Shown here one piece after another: positions 60,601-64,000 of a stretch of DNA of 64,000 nucleotides. The notes beneath the pieces were generated by a model that was given only the letters and a program-made list of their open reading frames with translations, searched no databases and was not told where the DNA came from. The DNA comes from Azolla caroliniana (taxonomy: Eukaryota > Plantae > Polypodiophyta), in contig JBHGNT010000008.1 in NCBI GenBank assembly GCA_043228905.1, positions 1,054,001 to 1,118,000 on the forward strand, given 5' to 3'. A program made the position numbers and the translations under genes. Position 1 is the first letter of the stretch, and each line of letters starts with the position of its first letter.

Positions 60601-60832
60601 GTTGTGAGGAGCTAAATAGTTGTGAATAGCTAAGTAGTTGTTTTACCTACATGCCTAATAGTAGCTAATTTCCCAATAGCTACTATAGAAGATCTCACTT
60701 ACTAATATGTACCATATGCTTTTGTTGAGCTTGTTTCTCAACATTCTTGATCTTGCCATCGCTTGCTAACTTGGTGATCTTCATCTCAGAGTGTTGTTTA
60801 TGTTTCTGCACTGACGGCCCTAGACTACAACA

Positions 60833-62040
60833 GAAGCAGTGTAGGCGACCATCTACTTGATAAATCTATCACCGTGTAAAGTTGTGCGCCTTGAAGTGCC
60901 ATAGGCACTATGGTCAAGCAAAACACTGACCTACGATAGGCTCCATACATTTGGATGTGAGGTCTACACATTCATCCCCAGGGACAAAAGGACCATGCTG
61001 GCACCCCATGCAGTTAAGTGTATATTTCTCGCCTATGACACAGATCAGGACTTCGGCTATCGGCTATGGGATTCGGAGAACTAGAAATTGATCTAGAGCA
61101 GTGACATGGTCTTCAATGAAGAGTCAATACTCTCCAACCCGACCCAGCCAAAGAAAATCTGTAAAAAGGTCCCATTCGACCTTGAGTGATCAGTTGTAGA
61201 AGGGCCGACCGACCAAGCTGAATCGGCGATTTGACAAACAGTCGAAGGAGACCAAGCTAGCGACCCCTATTGCCGAATCCAAATCGGCAAGAGGTTGACT
61301 TAGTCAAATTTGATTCAACTAAAAGATTGACAAGAGCCATATCGGCAAAGACAATGAAAGGGCAAAAGAGGGAAAATCAGCAAGAGCCGATAATGCCAAA
61401 TGGTGACGATCAGCAAGAGCCGAATCATTCGACCAAGGCAAAGCTGCAAAGGGTAGAGTTGAAACAAACAAAGTCGAAGTAGATAGAGTCAACTCGACCA
61501 AATCACCCAAACATGTTAATGTGTCGAAAGACCAAGCCGAACCGGCCAAGGCACCAACCCCTCTATCAATCGACCTCGAGGAAGGGGAAGATATTTCGAC
61601 ATCGCCGAAATCCTATTTTAGGGGTGAGTTATCCCAGAGTATTCTTGAAGATGGTTCAACTAATGCCGATTGGACACAAAACCAATTGAAGAATCTAAAC
61701 CAACAAAATCAGCACCCAGGAGATCTGGACGAGTCCGATGGCCGACATAGTTTTTCCAACCAGAACTCAACCACGTCAACTACATGGATGAAGGGTAGTC
61801 AAAATGACCACCCTTCGGCTCCTTCTTGGGGTCGTGGCGACGAAAGACCTAGAGCTTGAATAGCTTGACGTTAAGATGGCCTTCCTACACAGAGATCTCA
61901 GAGAAGACATTTATATGTGTCAATTGTCAGGCTTCACGACAACGGGAGAGCAAGGTGACCTCGTCCGCAAGCTAAAGAAGAGCCTACATGGCCTCAAGAA
62001 AGCACCGAGAATGTGGTATCAGAAGTTTGATACCTACAAG
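60833..62040 (+). mobile_element. Old Copia fragment: integrase C-terminus, linker, deletion, RT piece
   Basis: EAV*ATIYLINLSP, KCIFLAY, FGYRLWD, LDVKMAFLH, LHGLKKAPRMWYQKFD. Confidence 0.8.
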
Positions 62041-62394
62041 CTATGTTGGAATGTCTCCATCTGACAACTACAATAGATGCATGCAGTGCCGACCTATAAT
62101 GCTCTATGTATTACTAGCCATTGGAAGACATTTATTTTGGCAACTCAACGCAGGACTGCACCATGGGCTAGTCAATTTTGGACCCATCTAGGGGTCACAT
62201 CCGAACTCTTAGAAAAGTTTTGGTGGACATTATGGGCAAGGAAACATCATGGCATTGAGTTATCAAAGGCAAGACTCCTACGTGAAGAAATGATCTCTCT
62301 TGCAGAGTACAATATACGAGAAATGGAGGTTGGGAATACACTTTCGTTCCATGCTCAAAGTCAAAGAGCTACCAAAAGTAAGGTTAATGATCAC

Positions 62395-62657
62395 AAACTA
62401 GAACAATGGCGTTGATAGTAAAAGCAATTATCCATATGGTTTCGATACCAAAGTTTGTATGGTGATAGTGATGTAGAAACAAATGATAAGTGTGTTACAT
62501 ATAATCGTGTACCTACCATATTAAAAGCAAACTAGAACAATGGTGTTGATAGTAAAAGCAATGATCCATATGGTTTAGATACCAATGTTTGTATGGTGAT
62601 AGTGATGTAGAAACAAATGATAAGAGTGTTACATATAATCGTGTACCTACCATATTA
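62395..62657. repeat. Tandem duplication, ~135-bp period
   Basis: AAACTAGAACAATGG...GTGTACCTACCATATTA occurs twice. Confidence 0.9.
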
Positions 62658-64000
62658 CATGATTGTTATGTCTATGGATGTGGGAAAAGCACAATCGTAA
62701 TATATTTGAACCTCGAATGACACATTCATTTTGTTTTGTGGATGCATAAGTAATCAACATAATGTGTAAAATTTGAGACAGTGTCAATTTGTGCAGTTCT
62801 TTATAGTATTTAGTTGAATTTTATTTATAGAGAATGCAAGTTTGTGAAGTAGTCATTTTGTGTCCACTTCATAGTTATTTCATATTGTTGTTTTTAATAT
62901 CATTGTCAAATTATTGAAAGTTAACATATATTGCATGTCATTCATTATTGTAGGTGTATAGTTACACATGAACAAGAAGTTTTTTGTTTTATGAAGATGT
63001 TTGTGCTCTCCCATGGACATGTAATTTCCAATGTTATTTTCTTGTGTGTTTTTTATAGACATAAAAGTTGAACAATTTGCATTTTTTTGTATATTTGTAT
63101 GACATTGCGCATTATATATTTCTATATGTTTCTATTGTAATGCATTTTGCATGTTATCTGTCTAATGATGCTTTTTATTTGTATTTCCGATCACATCAGT
63201 CTAAAAGATGTTTTCCATGTTATTTTTTAATCAAAATTTGTAACTCTTTGGAAAGATTTTGAGTTAACGTATTTCTCAGTCCATACATTGTTGAACACAT
63301 TGTCCAATTGATGGAAAGATTAGAAAGAGGAAATTTACACAGTATCTTGATACCACATGATATATAGGGAACCTAGCAACTATATTTTCCAATAAATGTG
63401 GATGGAGAGAAATATTATATGTATAAGAAATTGTTTGTATAATACATAAAAAAGAAGGGAATGTGCCTATAGCTTTGTGGTTCAAATAGATGTGTCCACT
63501 TTCAATTCATGCATTATAGATCTTCCTAAATTGCATGCATCAATTCATAGCGTGTCGTTTTGCAATTGAATTATATGCTACATATTTAATGTTCTTTGGT
63601 GTGTCTAAATTAGTACTAAGTTGTTATAGATTGCGTGTTATGATCTAAGAAATGGCTAAGAATAGTATGTGTAATAGCATTCTATGAGCATCGGCGCATT
63701 TTTATATATTGACAATTATAAACACTTATTATCATTTGTGTGCACGTTTTGAATGCGTTTTAATATAACACACAACATTGTACATATTATCGGTTGGGAA
63801 TACTACATAACCAAATATTTTGTGGAATTCACATATTTTTTGCTATAGCCGTTTCTGCATCCACCGAATAAAAGAACACGTACATAGAAATTAGTTTGCA
63901 TATTAATTGTATATTGCTTTCATACTAGGTTTCCACTAAATATATTAGGGCCACTTTTGCACGTATCTTATGATAAGATATTGTGTATAACTTTATCCAT

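Larger units (their letters stand above)
46964..60743 (-). mobile_element. Full-length Ty1/Copia (element E); LTRs 60347-60743 (5') and 46964-47358 (3'); hosts a Gypsy
   Basis: Perfect TSD TTCTT; PBS TGGTATCAGAGC 60335-60346; PPT TTGAGGGGGAG; gag CWYCGKPGHTQGEC, WHKRIGH, YTPQQNGVAER, IYVDDL, KHIEVHYHFVRE. Confidence 0.95.
45722..60832 (+). mobile_element. 3' remnant of a Copia (RNase H end 45722-46077); its 3' LTR (46291-60832) is split by a solo LTR and by Copia E
   Basis: SKHIDVRYHFVR, NVANGMTK; PPT GGGGAG before TGTCAA at 46291; LTR tail resumes at 60749 and ends CAACA at 60832. Confidence 0.65.

Noticed and set aside
62040-64000. Possible host gene or Helitron end
   Set aside because: Only short motif-less ORFs in AT-rich DNA; no splice, domain or terminal-hairpin evidence I can support

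Overview
A 64-kb heterochromatic land-plant region made almost entirely of nested, mostly decayed LTR retrotransposons. The mix of lineages (tRNA-Trp-primed FLDD Gypsy, self-priming Tcn1-like chromovirus) suggests a bryophyte, but that is inference. No host gene, rRNA or bona fide tRNA gene is supported. I resolved: about nine Ty1/Copia bodies or fragments; two full-length and one collapsed tRNA-Trp-primed non-chromovirus Gypsy (Phygy-like); one young Tcn1-like chromovirus; one Athila/OTA-like Gypsy with a large extra ORF; four solo LTRs; a TSD-flanked mini-LTR element; and a TIR DNA transposon carrying a 1.2-kb palindrome. The most interesting signals are cis-acting. (1) One Gypsy has no polypurine tract, and an inverted second tRNA-Arg primer site sits in its place. 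(2) Two diverged Phygy-like elements share a -1 frameshift cassette (G_GAT_TTT, 6-nt spacer, covarying H-type pseudoknot) between protease and RT. (3) tRNA-like A-box/B-box modules recur in the U3 of four different Gypsy LTR families. (4) A Gypsy LTR has captured a Copia U3 segment. (5) A covarying hairpin is conserved just upstream of the PPT. All coordinates and alignments were read by eye, and no database searches were run.
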